Source of the DNA: Dudresnaya verticillata
Lineage: Eukaryota
Assembly: GCA_977862235.1 (NCBI GenBank)
Contig: OZ374560.1
Coordinates: 186,001 to 250,000 of the forward strand
Direction of reading: 5' to 3'
Length of the DNA: 64,000 nucleotides
The first letter of the stretch is position 1, and each line of letters opens with the position of its first letter. Under the pieces are notes generated by a model. It had not been told where the DNA came from. It was given only the letters and a program-made list of their open reading frames with translations, and did not search any database. The position numbers and the translations under genes are program-made. Positions 25,828 to 39,100 of this stretch are shown in pieces.

Positions 25828-26530
25828 AAGGAAAGTATTGTCTGTAACGTCGTCAATGAACGACTCGAGGAGGAAAAGCGTGTGCTGCGTGCAACAGCAG
25901 CTCTTTTGAAAGAAGACCAGCCGGAAAGAACCAGGGTTCACGAAGAGGGCGGCAGTGCACTTTGCGAAGCCGCAGCTGCTGCTTCGCAACTAGCTCCGCT
26001 GCCAGTGCCAGTTGACATCCCGACTGGTAATTTGGATGGGAAGGTCCAGGATTCCCTCGTGACGTCCAATAGACAGACTGAACCTCTCAAAGTCGGCGCG
26101 GATCCGCTCGAAGGTGAAAAATGACCGAAATGGTATGTGATGCTCGTTGAACGGATCGAACTTCCGGGGACGTTGTATGATCGATGTCGATACCGTATCA
26201 TCACGGCAGGTGCATGTAATCAAATGCTGAGTCCATAGCCGTATTTAACACGATTCTGGAAGAGAACTGCTCACGACGTAGAAAGTGACATATGTAAATA
26301 CATTGCTACCTCGAGGGGGCGATAATTCACACATTCACAGGAAGAGAGAAAGTAGTTGCTGTAACCGGAGAAGTAGCAATCTCCACCGCGTAGCGGTAAA
26401 AGTGCTTTTTAAACTACCAACCAGTCTCGGGAATCATGTTAAGGTCGCGTCCTGTCCATTGCGATGGTCTGTATCGCCCGATGCGCAGGGCGCCATGGGA
26501 CACGGCTGCAAATCTATCGCAATGGTTTCA

Positions 26531-26797
26531 GTCGGGATTCTGCTCGGGCAATGCGCGATATACGTGAACTACATGACGGAGACGTGCGGCGGTCCATAAG
26601 GATATAAAACACTCAGGGAAGTATGGGAGGTAAAGGTTCTGTAAGGGTCACGTCTTGCCATAGAAATCGCTGCGGTCGGGATTCTGTTCGGGCGATGGGC
26701 GATATGCGTGAAGTGCCGGCGATGCGCGGCGTGCCGTAAGAGGATGAAAAACTCAAGGAAGTGTGAGAGGTAAAAGTTCTGTACAGGCCACGTCTTC
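26531..26797. repeat. Diverged ~144-bp tandem duplication
   Basis: GTCGGGATTCTG.TCGGGC.ATG.GCGATAT.CGTGAA ... ACTCA.GGAAGT.TG.GAGGTAAA.GTTCTGTA..CACGTCTT occurs twice. Confidence 0.8.
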
Positions 26798-28049
26798 AGG
26801 ACGGTGGCGGATGGCGCGGGGCTGACAGCGGAACCGGGAGGGCTGCGGCGGGAGCTTTCCGGCACTTCAAGGGCGCTCCGGGAAGGAAGAATTGTGGTGA
26901 AGAGTGAGGCGGTAGTACGGGGAATGATGACACGCGCGCATTGCTGAAGGAGTAACGGCAGGGCTATCGGGAGATGTGGTTCGGACAGCGGAAGGTGGCT
27001 GCGTACTGTGCACGAGGGCGCAATGCGGAGAGGAACGAGGAGACTAGGGAAAGAGGTGACGCAGATATGAGATGGTGATGACGCGGAGGGTCGCGACCAA
27101 GACATGTCGCGAGAAAGAGGCGGCGCGGGAACAAGATGGAAACGGCGAAACGTGGCGAGGGCGCGAGACGCGCTGCCGCCGTGGAGGTCTTCGGTGCCCG
27201 GTGTACGGTGGAGTGGAGGGCGCGCACGACGACGCGGTGGCCCGCTGCTCCAGGGGCGGTAAACGAGTGACGGGGCATGGCGCTAACGCATGCGCCGGCG
27301 GAGGGTGCTGAGGGGCACAGCGCTGCGCTCATTCACGTGGCGCGCGCGGCGCAAATGTCGGCATGGAGTATGGAATGGGGCTTTGCACGGAGCACTTGCG
27401 CGGTGGCCTGGCTAGGCGCCGATGCCATTTCTGGGCAAGTCCTTCCGGGTCCGCCGGGCGCGGTGCGGCGTGCAGTCATTTCTGGAAAATATTTTCGGAA
27501 GGTTTAGGGGGTAATTTTAAACTTTTCATGGGTCATATAATGGGTGTGCAGATGGCCACAACTTTGGAACGGCTTGACTTGAGAGCAAACGGATTGCACC
27601 ACTGTTCTTAGATCGCTCTCCCCTTGCGACGGAAAGTAAGAAAGTGGGTACGTTTTCCATTCTGTTTGAAAAAGCAACTTCTGAAGCGGCTGAAATCATT
27701 GTTCTGGTTGTTCGGGCGGTCACGTCCTGCTGCTGACCACGGTGTGGGTGGGTAGGAGAAAGGACGGAACTTGGCAGAGTAGCACAATGCTCTACAAAAG
27801 CGCAGCCTTTAAATGCTACAGATCACGTACTGTCTATACATAATACAGTTTTATCGTCTGATAATGCTTCCAGATATACCGGTACAATATTGTTTATACC
27901 GATTCGATAGATCGTCCCTCGTGCACCAGGGGATCTATAGAAATACATAGCCTTAGCCCGACACCTATAGTTCAGTCCTTGGTGGTTGCTTTACTGCGTC
28001 CTCTGCTGGACGTTCGGAAAAGCTCCCTACTCCTCATCGTACCTTTTCA

Positions 28050-28689
28050 TTACCGTACAGGCTTATACAGCACACGAAAAGCCCACAAGGGAGAGCACCT
28101 GTAGGAATGAATCGAAGCTTCCTGCGGAGGATGTGCTGATTTTGCTGGGGGGATCAGGCACCGGAAATAATTGCTCATTGCCAGTGTGAACGTTAGTCTC
28201 CCATCGAAGTAAACATTGATGACCATTCGGTCGTTAGTACAGAGCCCACGGTGCACAATGATCGGAAGTGGGACTCCAGACAGTATCTGGCTTGTCACAG
28301 ACCCACTCCTGAGACTGTGAGAAGAATAGTAACAATAAGGCGGTGGTGCCACATGTAGGATGCTAAGTAAGCGTCGTGAAATCTCCGTGATCTGCTGCGG
28401 TGATGGGATCTGTCCCCTGAATCCCCAGCACGGCGATATTGGGGAAGCATGGAGATGCAGGTTGAAGTACCGCGGCTGTAGGGGTAGTGGGTTGCCATTA
28501 TTGTTTCCGTAACATGTTTTTATTCTTGCCGGTGCTCATCGGACTGGTCGCCCCTTCAGCGTTCTCAGACGAGCCGAAAGTGTCAGCGACGATTCGGTTA
28601 CGCTATTTGATGGGGTTCCAAGGAACATTTCTATGTATTCTCGTATAATAGTCCGAACGGAGCTCTCTCCCCAGGATAGTAAGGATTGA
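28050..28689 (-). pseudogene. Second tyrosine recombinase fragment (C-terminal half), cut by a gypsy LTR
   Basis: LSWGESSVRT, RTLKGR, YSSHSLRSGSVT, DRMVINVYFDGRL; paralogous to 23378-24461. Ends at the LTR start. Confidence 0.85.
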
Positions 28690-29602
28690 TGTAGTGCCAG
28701 GGGTCCCCCGTTTTCGCTTTCAAGCGGGTTGATATGCCACGTCTACCGACGGACGACCGCCAGCGGCGCGCTCAACCCTCCCGCGGCGCAAACACGTCAC
28801 CGACGCATGCCGCTGGCCACTCGGGCCAGAACGGTTCGCTTGGCGTGCAGACCGCACGCCTGAACCCGGGACACTGTACGGCGCCACGCGTACGCGCATG
28901 GCGCAGTGGCGGGAACGTTCGCTGTAAGCGTGGCCCGGATCCGGATCCAATCGGGATCCCACATCGGGATCAGATATCGGGATTAAGAGGTGTAAGGCAC
29001 GCGCCTGTAAGCCTGGCGCATCCGCATGGCTGGCCCGAATCCGGACTGGATCGGGATTAGTGCGGATCGAGATCGCATGCGCCATGGGGTGCGTGCGGCT
29101 GTAAGGAAGTACATCCACGTATCGGTGTAAGGACTCGAGCGGGGAAGCTACGTGTGATTTGTCAGGAGCGCGGCTGCATGACGGACGGATCTGTCAGACG
29201 CGCCTCGGGACAACACGTGTCCCGAGTTCCCGCGCGGCGCGTACATACGCGTCGCCGCCGCTAGGTAGTTCTATACTTAGTTGATCCGTCCCAGACGTTG
29301 AGGTAAACTCCCGGCAAGCCGGCCCTGGTCCAGACTTCCCCGTTCCGCACGCGCGTACCCTACCGCTGCCTACGGCTAAGCGTCTACCTCTCGTGCTTCC
29401 ACGTCTCTACCCGTCTTTGACGTGTTCCCTTTTTGTTCTCTTTTGTTCTTCCTTTCCGCCTCGGGCGTTTACAGTCCGCCCAAGGCGTGTCAACTGTTCT
29501 ACCACAAGCCGCCCAAGGCGAGGCTACTCACCGCCACGGGCGTCGCTACCCACCGAGCCCCGAACTGCTCGGCGGTGTTCCGTCAAGGACGTTTGCACCA
29601 CA
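28690..29602 (+). repeat. 5' LTR, family X (913 bp)
   Basis: TGTAGTGC...GCACCACA, followed by a PBS. Homologous but not identical to 39101-40013 and 41462-42374. Confidence 0.95.
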
Positions 29603-29604
29603 AC

Positions 29605-29617
29605 TGGTCTCCCGACC
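29605..29617 (+). promoter_or_regulatory. Primer-binding site, tRNA-Tyr-like
   Basis: TGGTCTCCCGACC 2 nt after the LTR. Its complement ..GGUCGGGAGA-CCA implies G72/A73, the eukaryotic tRNA-Tyr acceptor signature. Confidence 0.7.
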
Positions 29618-29729
29618 TAGAAGTGTGCTACGTTTCAACGAGTTTCTCCGTCGTGCGACGTCCGACCTTCCGTCTCTAGACGTCCGTCGCTAATCGTCCA
29701 CGACGTTCAAGCAACTCTACGACTGCCTT

Positions 29730-32271
29730 ATGGCCTCACGACCGCCGCCGTCGCGAGGCCCCAGTTCAAGAAGACCGTCATCGACGCCGGGGAGTGTCCC
29801 CGCGTCGGAGCGGTCGCTACAGTGGATGGCAACGAGGTCTGGGCGCCTCGTAAGCCCCGAGATCGCATCGGCCTTTCCGACCAGTCCTGGCCACGATCAC
29901 TCCCATATATCGCTCAACAGGGGAGAAGTACCTCCCCCGCCGATACCCGTCGTCATCCGTACCACCGTTCCCAACGAATCGGCCCTCCGAACCTACCACT
30001 CGCACGTGGATTCCGCTGACACGGTACAAGCCGAACAGCGACCCGTCGAGGACGGAGCCCAAGCCGACATCGTCGAGGAAAAACCGGAAGTTCCGGTCCA
30101 CCAACCAACCTTACCCGTCGACGACGACCAAGAACGCCCTGCGGGGCGCGACGTCAAAGACGAATCACCAATCCTAAGGGGCTGCTGCCCCTCACCCCAC
30201 GGCAGTGCCGGATGTTCACCGGCCAGGCCGTTAGCGCAACCGCGCAGCACGGGAGGTCCGCCGCAGGCGTCGAACCCCGCGCGCACACCGCCAGTGGCGT
30301 CCCCAGCATCCGCCCGCGTTAGTAATCTCACAATACCTCGCGAGCGGATCCGGGAAGTATGCGTCGCCGAAAACGGTAACTTACTCGCTCGATTCGCGGA
30401 GATGCTCGACGACAATGTCGGAGGTATTTTCAGCCGTCTGCAGACGTTGGAAGAAGATCGGAACGGTGCCCTTCAAGGACTCCGTTCCGACCTCGACCGT
30501 CTAATGACGAACCCCAACCACGGCGCCGAGGCCCAGCAGCCGACGGCACTGACGGTCCATTCCCAGTCGGAACTGAGTTCACGCGAACGCTTTCAGCGAT
30601 TAGCGACCCGCTTGGAGCGACTGGAAACCACCAAAGGGCGCCAAGGGCCGCCGTCTGATGACGATAGTTCCCAGGAAGACCGTCGCCGACGCAAGGATCG
30701 TAAGAGACGAGGCAAGAATCGCCGCAAGTCGCGTCGTGGACGGAAGCAGAACCGTCACCGACGGGGGGACTCATCTCCATCCTCTTCGGACACGTCTAGT
30801 GACGACGGGTCAACAGGGTCTTCGTCTGACGACGACGACCGCATGGGTCACAGCAGTGCCATGCGGCCCCGCGGAAAGCAATACAAGGGACTGAAGGAGC
30901 TAAGCCCCTCCAATCCGCTCTTCGATCAGTTGCTATCGTACCGCACATACCGTCTTCAAGACGTGGGACAGAAACGCTCTGGACGCGCGTCCGGGAAGGT
31001 CAAAGACCATATCAAGCGACTCGAGTAAACAATGAAGGACGCCGCCTTCAACGGCAGCGACCCCGTCATGGTCCTCGGGTTTTTAACGCAGTTCGCGACG
31101 AAGCGGACACGCTACAGATGAGCGAAGCACAAGGGTTCGTCGCGCTGCCGTACTTATTACGAGGTACGGCAGTCGCGCAATTCCGCTCCGTCAAATCGAC
31201 GTCCTCACGCCACCGCGGCGGCGTATCATCGTACCCGGAGGCGGTGCACTACCTCCTCCGCACGTACGCCACGCCTTCGGCGATTCGAGAAGCTGTCCTA
31301 GCCCTGCTGTCGACTAGTCAGAAGGGGGGCGAAGACGAAACGACTTACGGCATGAGACTCGCCGGCGCATGTATTCGTTGCGGTAACGTTTACCCTGAAT
31401 GGGAAAAGATGACACTGTACATCGATGGGTTAGACCCGAAGATCAGGTCCTTAGTGGCCCGTTTCCGCGAAGAAACGCCGAGGGTGGAGTTATCTTTTGA
31501 ACGTTTAGTCCACTTCGCGCAGGACGAAGGTGACGCGCAACGCGCAAGACACGGCAGGGCCGGCTAGACGTCAGTAAGACGGGATATAATGGCCCCGGCC
31601 CAAGCCGCTCGCACATTGCGCCCCGCCATTGGCGGCAACCGAACGGCTCTACGTCAACAGACAAGGGGCACGAAGCATTCCGCACGCGCTATCATAGCGG
31701 AGTCTTCCGTTGAGTTCCGTGCTGTCACCCGTCATGCGGACGATATGTAAAAACACGCCGAGGGCGATCTCTACTCGGCCGACGAACAAGCGTCAGTGCC
31801 AACTTCAGCGTTACCAACGGACAGCTACGTCGAAGACGAGGACACAGGGGCAGTGGACCCTACACTCGCCTTTGGGCGTTCCGTTGTGCCCGCGCTACGC
31901 GTTCCGTACTCGGCGTATGCCCCCATGTCCATCGGGCGAGGCCAGGTTGGCAAGACAGGGGTCCGTTCCGTCAAGACGCTCGCAGACAGTTGATCTGTCA
32001 TCAGTGTTATGCCCGTGGCCACATCGCACCGGACTGCTTCCTCCGCATGAGCGAGTATATGAAACCGATCGGCAACTACGAAGGATTAACAGACGCCGAG
32101 AAGGCGGGGGTCCCCGCTGATGCGTACACTCGGTACAAAGAACGCGCCGCGCGCGAAGCAGCACGCCGTGGAGTACGACCACCGTCGCCAAGGGGCGGAC
32201 CTATGCCGCATGCAGCAGAACGTCATCCGACGGTGATCAATCGCTACACAGCGCCGCTACAACCGCCGTAG
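29730..32271 (+). pseudogene. Ty3/gypsy gag, disrupted
   Basis: Long N-terminal ORF, capsid-like MSEAQGFVALPYLL..SQKGGEDETTY..YIDGLDP, zinc knuckle CHQCYARGHIAPDC. Stops and frameshifts. Confidence 0.85.
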
Positions 32272-32465
32272 GCAAAAAACTAATCAGGGTACCAACTCCT
32301 GACACTGGGGTGTTGCTCCAAGCAGAGAGGCTTCCGCTTCGGGTGCTGACACGGAAGCAGGACCCGAACCTAGTTAACAAATACGCTGATAGGCGGATAG
32401 ACTCGTCACAGACGTCCTTGAAGCGCCCCTGGCGTAGGTACCAGCCCCTACAGGCCCGGGGATAG

Positions 32466-33314
32466 TTGTTCGTAATGGCCAAAAGGGACTACAAAGTATA
32501 CGCCGATCTGGGCGTAACTGTAGGTACCTTGGCACGTAAACTTACTGTCCTCGACACGGGGGCTGGTCCGAATTTCATTCGCATTGACGACATTCCGCTA
32601 GAAGCGCGATCACGGATCGCATCCAAGAATCTCCCCGTCATATCGGACGCTAAAAACAAGGCGATTCAGATCCGGGGCACTATCGACTTCGTCGTACGTC
32701 TCGGACGAAGGGTTGTCAAGTTGGAGTTGATCGTCTGTGAACGGCTCGCTGCGGCGGTTATACTCGGTTGCGACTTTTGCGACCGCTTTGTCAAAGCGAT
32801 TTATCTGCGGAGTCGCGAGATTGAGTTGGACGACGGGACCCGTGTCCCTATAACGCGCCACCCGCTGCGCCGGCCCCCGTCGTACCCCCCGTTGCCAACG
32901 GAACAAGAGTATGGCCCGGCCAAAGGGCGAACGTCGCCCAAGATACGCTTTTCGGAACGAACGATCATCCCGGCACAGGCGCAAAAGTGGATCTCGGTAA
33001 CGACCGAGCGAGCAGGGGTCATTACCTTTCAACCGTTTGGAACGTTATATGATCGGCAAGCTTTGGACGTTACTAACGGGGTCGCTCAAGTAGAGCCGCA
33101 GAGAGTGTTCCGGATTCTCGTCGCGAACGTTTCCCCGCGTCCGCAAGCGATCGTCAAAGTACAAGTCGTCGTTACCGCGTTGCGACATCCCACAGCAGTG
33201 TTCCCCAGTCACATAAGTTTGGCAGATGTCCTAGGTATCACCGAGGAGCAGGCAGCGGAGGAAGAGGCGAATCAAGATTTCCGTTTTCAAACGAGTGATG
33301 GAGTAACAGCGTAG
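32466..33314 (+). pseudogene. Retroviral-type aspartic protease
   Basis: VLDTGAGPNFI and ILGCDF motifs. Confidence 0.9.
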
Positions 33315-33365
33315 CCGGATACATTCGCTAGGTCGATCGAAGTAACTGTAGCTAAACCTCCGTCA

Positions 33366-36320
33366 GTGGACGAGTTGGACCTGAGTCATCTCTCAGCCGA
33401 ACATCAAGGGCGGCTAAAGGAGATGCTGCGCAGGTACTCGTCGATGTGGGACGGTTCATTAGGAGAAATCGCAACCACGGAGCACTATATTGACTTGCTC
33501 CCCGGCTCCAGGCCGATTTCATCCCCGCCTTACCGCGCTGGTCCAAAGCAAAGGCAACTCGCTCAAGCGGAGGTGGAGCGCATGTTGCGTCAGGGGGTTA
33601 TCGAACCCGCACAATCGCCATGGGCGTCGCCGGTCGTCTTTGCTCCCAAGAAGGACGGTACACTCCGCTTCTGCGTTGACTACCGTCGCTTGAACGCGGT
33701 AACGGTACGAGATACGTACGCTCTCCCGCGAATCGACGAATGTATTGACAGTCTAGGGGAAGCGAACGTCTTCACTACCCCAGACTGCAATAGTGGCTAC
33801 TGGCAGGTGCCCATCAATCCGCGAGATCCCGACAAGACCGCATTCACGTGCCATGCCGGATTGTTCCGCTACAAGCGTATGCCCTTCGGACTCACTAACG
33901 CACCGGCCACGTTTCAACGGACCCTCGATATCTTACTTGCTGGTTACAAGTGGCGCTCATGCCTCGTCTACCTTGACGATGTGATCATCTTCTCGAACGA
34001 TATCGACAGTCACTTCCGTCATGTCGACGAGATCCTTTCGACCTTGCATCGGGCCGGGGTGACATTGAAGTTAACCAAGTGCGACTTCTTCACCCCGATC
34101 GTCAACTACCGAGGCCATGTGTTACGCCCGGGACGATTGGAAGTAGACCGTCCGGTCATAGCCGCGTTACGAGAAGCCAAGCATCCGCGGGACCAGAAGG
34201 AATTACGGAGCTTTCTCGGATTGTGCAACGTCTGTAGACGGTTTGTATCGCGATACGCGCATGTTGCCGCTCCCCTCAACAAATTGTTGAGGAAAGAGCA
34301 AGACGTCCGGTTACAACCGTTCACCGAGGAGCAGGCTCGGGCATTCAGCACGCTTGTCGAAGCGGTGACTCACCCGCCCATCCTGGCGTTGCCACAGCAA
34401 GGAATAACGTGCTCCGTTGATTGTGACGCGAGTGAATACCAAGTTGGCTGCGCACTCTTTCAAACGCAGCCTGACGGCGAACAGAAGCCGCTCGGCTTCT
34501 GGTCACGCTCGTTAACCGCTCCGGAGCGCAACTACTCGGTATCCGAAAAGGAATGCCTAGCAGTAGTCTGGTCGATCACGACGTTGAGACCGTACCTTCA
34601 GATGGAGTCCTTCGTAGTCCATACGGACCATTCGTCATTGAGGTGGCTAATGGAAATCAGCGACCCCTCGGGACGGTTAATGAGATGGCGCCTTCGCCTC
34701 TCTGAATTCGACATCCTCGTGAAGTATAAAAAGGGATACCTGAATACTCAGGCAGATGCCCTCTCACCTCTACAAACGAACGGCGAAACTGTCGAACCAA
34801 TTGACGATGATATCCCGTGTTACCACGGAAGTTGCGTCAAAGAAGAGGATCACTCGTCAGAGGACGGCTACGCTCACGCAGAAGGCGACATGTCAAACGC
34901 CAAGGGCGACGTCGATTTCTCCGAACGAGAGTTCGAGGAGTTCGACCAGGTGTTGGTTACCAGCGCGCCACCGGCGGATGAAGTGTTCCTCCGTCAATTG
35001 ACGCATGAAGAGTTGGTGCATGCTCAGGGCAGTGACCAGTACTGTTCCGAGATCCGGAAACGTCTAGACGACGGAGACACCCTACCGTTTGCAACGGATG
35101 AACAGGGACTATTGGTTCGGACCGTCGAGGCTCGACCCCAAGTCGTTGTACCATCCGCGTTACGCGTTCGATTGCTCCATCTCCGGCATCACGCTAAATT
35201 AGCAGGACATCCCGAAGGGCGGAAGCTGTACCATACGCTTCGACGCGAGTATTATTGGCCGTCTATGTCGGTGGATTGTTACGCGACCGTCCGCAATTGC
35301 GTTACCTGCGCGAAGAACCGGGTACTGATGCGAAAGAACGTGAAGGAGATGAAACTGTTCCCAGCAACCGAGCCTTTCGAGTTTGTGTCCATCGATATTC
35401 TCGGGGAGCTCATACGCACTAAGCGGGGGAATACGTTCCTACTCGTCATCGTGGACCGCTTCTCGAAGCTGGTCCGGACGCTTCCCTTACGTAAGATTAC
35501 GGCATTGGAAATCGCTAAGGCGTTTGTTCGACACTGGGTGTTTGTGCATGGCCCACCCAAGAAGCTTCTGTCCGACAATGGGCCGCAATTTGTAGCCAAG
35601 TTGTTCCAGGACGTCTGCTGCATCTTAGGAGTGGAGAATCTCTTCACTACTACGTACCATCCGCAGTGTAACGGCCAAGTGGAACGATTCAATCGAACCA
35701 TCCTCGTCTCCCTGCGTCACTACGTAGCAGACCACCCAAGGGACTGGGATTTGTTCACCGATGCTATGACGTTCGCGTACAATACGCAACTGCACTCGTT
35801 CACCCACCGCGCCCCATTCGAGCTGGTGCTATCTAAGCCCCCGCGGCCATTGTCGCTGGAAGCGGAGCTGTCGCTTGAAAGCGTACCCATTGCCGGACAG
35901 TACTACACCAAGTGGCGAACCTGGCTGTCCGCATTGATGGGAACCGCTAAAGCGTCGCTCTCGAAAACGCAGGCGCGTTACAAACGGAACTTCGATACTC
36001 GTCTGAGGAAATCGAAGGAGAACATCGCTGTGGGCGACTTTGCATTCGTGCAGAAGGAATAATTCGGCCGCGGCGGGAGCACCGATCGCTCAGAGCGCAA
36101 GCACAAGCTCGCGCCTGTGGCGGATGGACCGTATCGAGTAACTCACGTCAACGACGAGACAGTCACCGTCGACAAGGGACGTGGAGAACGTGAACGTCTA
36201 TCCCGGGACCGCGTGGTATGGGCGCCAACCCCACCAGGCACCCCGCCCCCGCAACCGTGCAACCACCGGGACCACCTGAAGTACCGGGGCCCACTGCCCC
36301 CACACCAACCGAAGAAGTAG
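33366..36320 (+). mobile_element. Ty3/gypsy pol RT-RNase H-integrase
   Basis: LRFCVDYRRLN, MPFGLTNAPATFQR, YLDD; DASEY, NYSVSEKECLA, TDHSSL; H..H..CVTC, SIDILG, SDNGPQF, GQVERFN; GPY after the stop at 36060. Confidence 0.97.
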
Positions 36321-36494
36321 CAGGTAACCCAGACACGCCACAGGCGGACCCAGCAGGAGACACCGGGACACCGCGAAGCGCGGAAGACTCGCAGGAGCGA
36401 ATGGAAGCAACGCCGCGAAGTCGTCGCCAACCCTGACGACGGGGTCTCGCAATCCGTCTCCGACGAGGAGGAGAGTCCAGGGATCCGTACACGA

Positions 36495-36923
36495 ATGGGA
36501 CACGCAACCTCGGCTTCGCCAGCCACCAAGGTAGGTCCCACTTCGAGCGCATCGACTGAAGATGAGGAAGACCGCGCTAACGCGAAGGACGCCGCTGGAA
36601 GCGAGGAACCAGTATGCAAAAGCGAAGAACCACAACCCGCTACACAAGCGCTCGGGGCACCGACCCAGCGCCTTAGGCGATCGACTCGTCGAGTACGGTT
36701 TGCAGAACCGGTGCAGACGCCCATCACGCAACGAAGTGAACCGCCCAAGGCGTTAGAACGGCAGGAGCCCACGTCGATCGCTACAAGCGAGAAGGAGTAC
36801 GTTATCGAACGGGTTGAGTCGCACGCACACGCGGAAGACGGTGAGATCCTCTACCGCGTCAAGTGGTTTGGATACCCCGCTTCAGCGAATACCTGGGAAC
36901 CAGTGTCCAATCTACCGCGATAG
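36495..36923 (+). pseudogene. C-terminal chromodomain of pol (chromovirus)
   Basis: EYVIERVESH..LYRVKWFGYPASANTWEPVSNLP. Confidence 0.92.
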
Positions 36924-37844
36924 CCCGTTGTGCGGTATCACCGTCAGAAGCACACGCGCCTACCGCCAAACATCGACGACGCGCAACGCGAATAACCCTA
37001 GTCAGGGCGGACGCTGGAAGCGAAACATACGCCACATCCTCATACGGGTTGACGCGGACGTGTACTCGTTACGAACGACGGGGGCTGTAATCAACCGGAT
37101 CAAGGACGATTGGGTTGGCGACACGCGCATAGGCAACCCTCTTCGGGGGGTTCCGTAAGGACAGAACGGCTGACAGTAGTCAGAAGGCGTGGAGGGTGCA
37201 CGCACCACACGAAATCGGGCAACAAACGAAATGGAAAATTTAAATGTGAAAACAATAACGCGAAGGCACCGCCAGCCAGGCGGCGCCCAACAAACGAGAA
37301 CCTGACAAGTGTGTACCCCAGCACTACGAGCGCCCACGAGACAAACCAAGCACAGACGCGACAGACCGGCTCCCACGTCCTCGCCCAGGCGCGCCACCCA
37401 CGGCCAAGTCCGAAACTCGCCACCCTTACGGGCGGCGCACGCAACCGCCTCGAGGGTGTCACCCGCGAACGTCAACAACGTGTCTGAAGTCGAAAAAGGG
37501 GTCGCCCGCAAACACGAGAGAAGAACCAGTCATCGAAGACGGAGTAGGGCTACGTTTCGTGCACGACGCGCTAATCGCAAAAATGACTCCGCCGCTGGGC
37601 GCGGCAGCCGCACCCAGGAGTCGCAGGAAACGCGGCCAACGTGCGGCACATCGCCAACCTAACTGTCCCCGACGCTAACCCAACATTCCCTACGTCAAGG
37701 ACGAAAAGCCAACCGAGAAACAGCTCCCCAACTACATATTCGCTTAACAAGCGGAATCACGATTTGAACAAAACGACTAAGTCGGCATAAGAACATGGGC
37801 CCTCCCAAAAGGGCTTACGCTACTGTAGCGGCATCAAGAAAAGG

Positions 37845-38151
37845 AAAGCCTACGCCAGGCTTGCCCTTTCTGCTTTGGGTTTCTTTCCCAGTCCTTCGCC
37901 CTAGCCGTCTAGGCTTTCCTTTTCCTTTCCCTACCGTCAGCTTCGTGCCGCCCCAGGACGGGGACGCAGGGATCCGGCCGCTGCCGCCCGCGTACGGTAC
38001 GCCCCGTACGCGCTCAGGCTTCGACGCCGTTGATCCGCGACCGTCGACGGCGCGCGCGGCCGACACCACCGCTCTACCACCAGCTACCACCCTTCGACGG
38101 GTCTGGGTGCGACTGATCGACCAGCGCAGCTAGACGTCAGTTCGACCTGAC
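37845..38151 (+). repeat. Copy of the outer ~310 bp of the 8076-9733 foldback arm
   Basis: Closely matches 9411-9732, e.g. GACGGGGACGCAGGGATCCGGCC and CTAGACGTCAGTTCGACCTGAC. Confidence 0.9.
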
Positions 38152-39100
38152 GTCTATGCCACACTCGCCTCCGATGGCACGAACCGCGGCACTCGGATGC
38201 GAAAACGGATCAACTCGCGGACCGCGCCCTCCTCGTGACGGACGGTTGTGGCGCCAATCGAACCAGCCCTCGGAGCCTACGTCGTGTCCGACCACTTGGG
38301 ACCACTGTCCCGTCGGAAAATCGCGACGAGTCGACTGGAGCTCCCTCCGATCCGCAGCCTCGATGGAAATCGCGAGTATCTTCGTGAACGGCATCGCGCG
38401 ATCCGAGCCCCGGAGCGAAAGATCCGGATACCCGCCATCCTCGGAGAACGACTTCGACCAACGATCACGAACGAAACTACGCAACGAAGCATCGAGCACC
38501 CATACGTATGGACGCTGCGTGACATCCGAAATCAACGCGCGACCAAGCTCGAAGCGATATTCGGAGTCCCGGAAACGCACGAAACACTTCTTCGTAGGTT
38601 CCGCGAACAGGTCGACCACGAGCCCGAAATAACTAATCACCCTCGGAGGTGGCACGACTAAGCCCGCGGGGGCCCGAATACACGAAGCATCGAGCCAGAA
38701 AGAACTCGCAAACATGCTCAGAGGCACGCGGTCATCGAGACGCGAATTCGTATCCACGCGATCAGGCATCGAGCCCTCGCCACGGAATAGCGCCCAGTCT
38801 CCGGCACCGATGTGCACTCCGAGGATGCGCGAAATCGAGTCTACGTGACGCCATACGTTTCCCGCGGCGGACTCGAACTCCGGATAATCACGAAAGCGAG
38901 TAATCGCAACCACCGGAGAGTCCACGGAGATACCCGCACCCCGTGCCAGGAGTACGTGCGCGAACGCATCTACGTAAGCAACCTCGTCAACCGTGGTCAC
39001 GTAGGAGACGTCGCACGGAAGACCCATCGGAGTCGGATACACGGGGCCACGGGGCCAGAATACGTGAAATACGCCAGCTCCGTTATCATCACGACCCTCG
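38137..39100 (-). CDS. 3' part of an extra antisense ORF of the gypsy element, unknown function
   Basis: About 320 open codons (EGRDDNGAG...GIDVRSN). The ORF-track N-terminus lies in the LTR and is artefactual. Joins in frame to 41260-41461. Confidence 0.7.
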
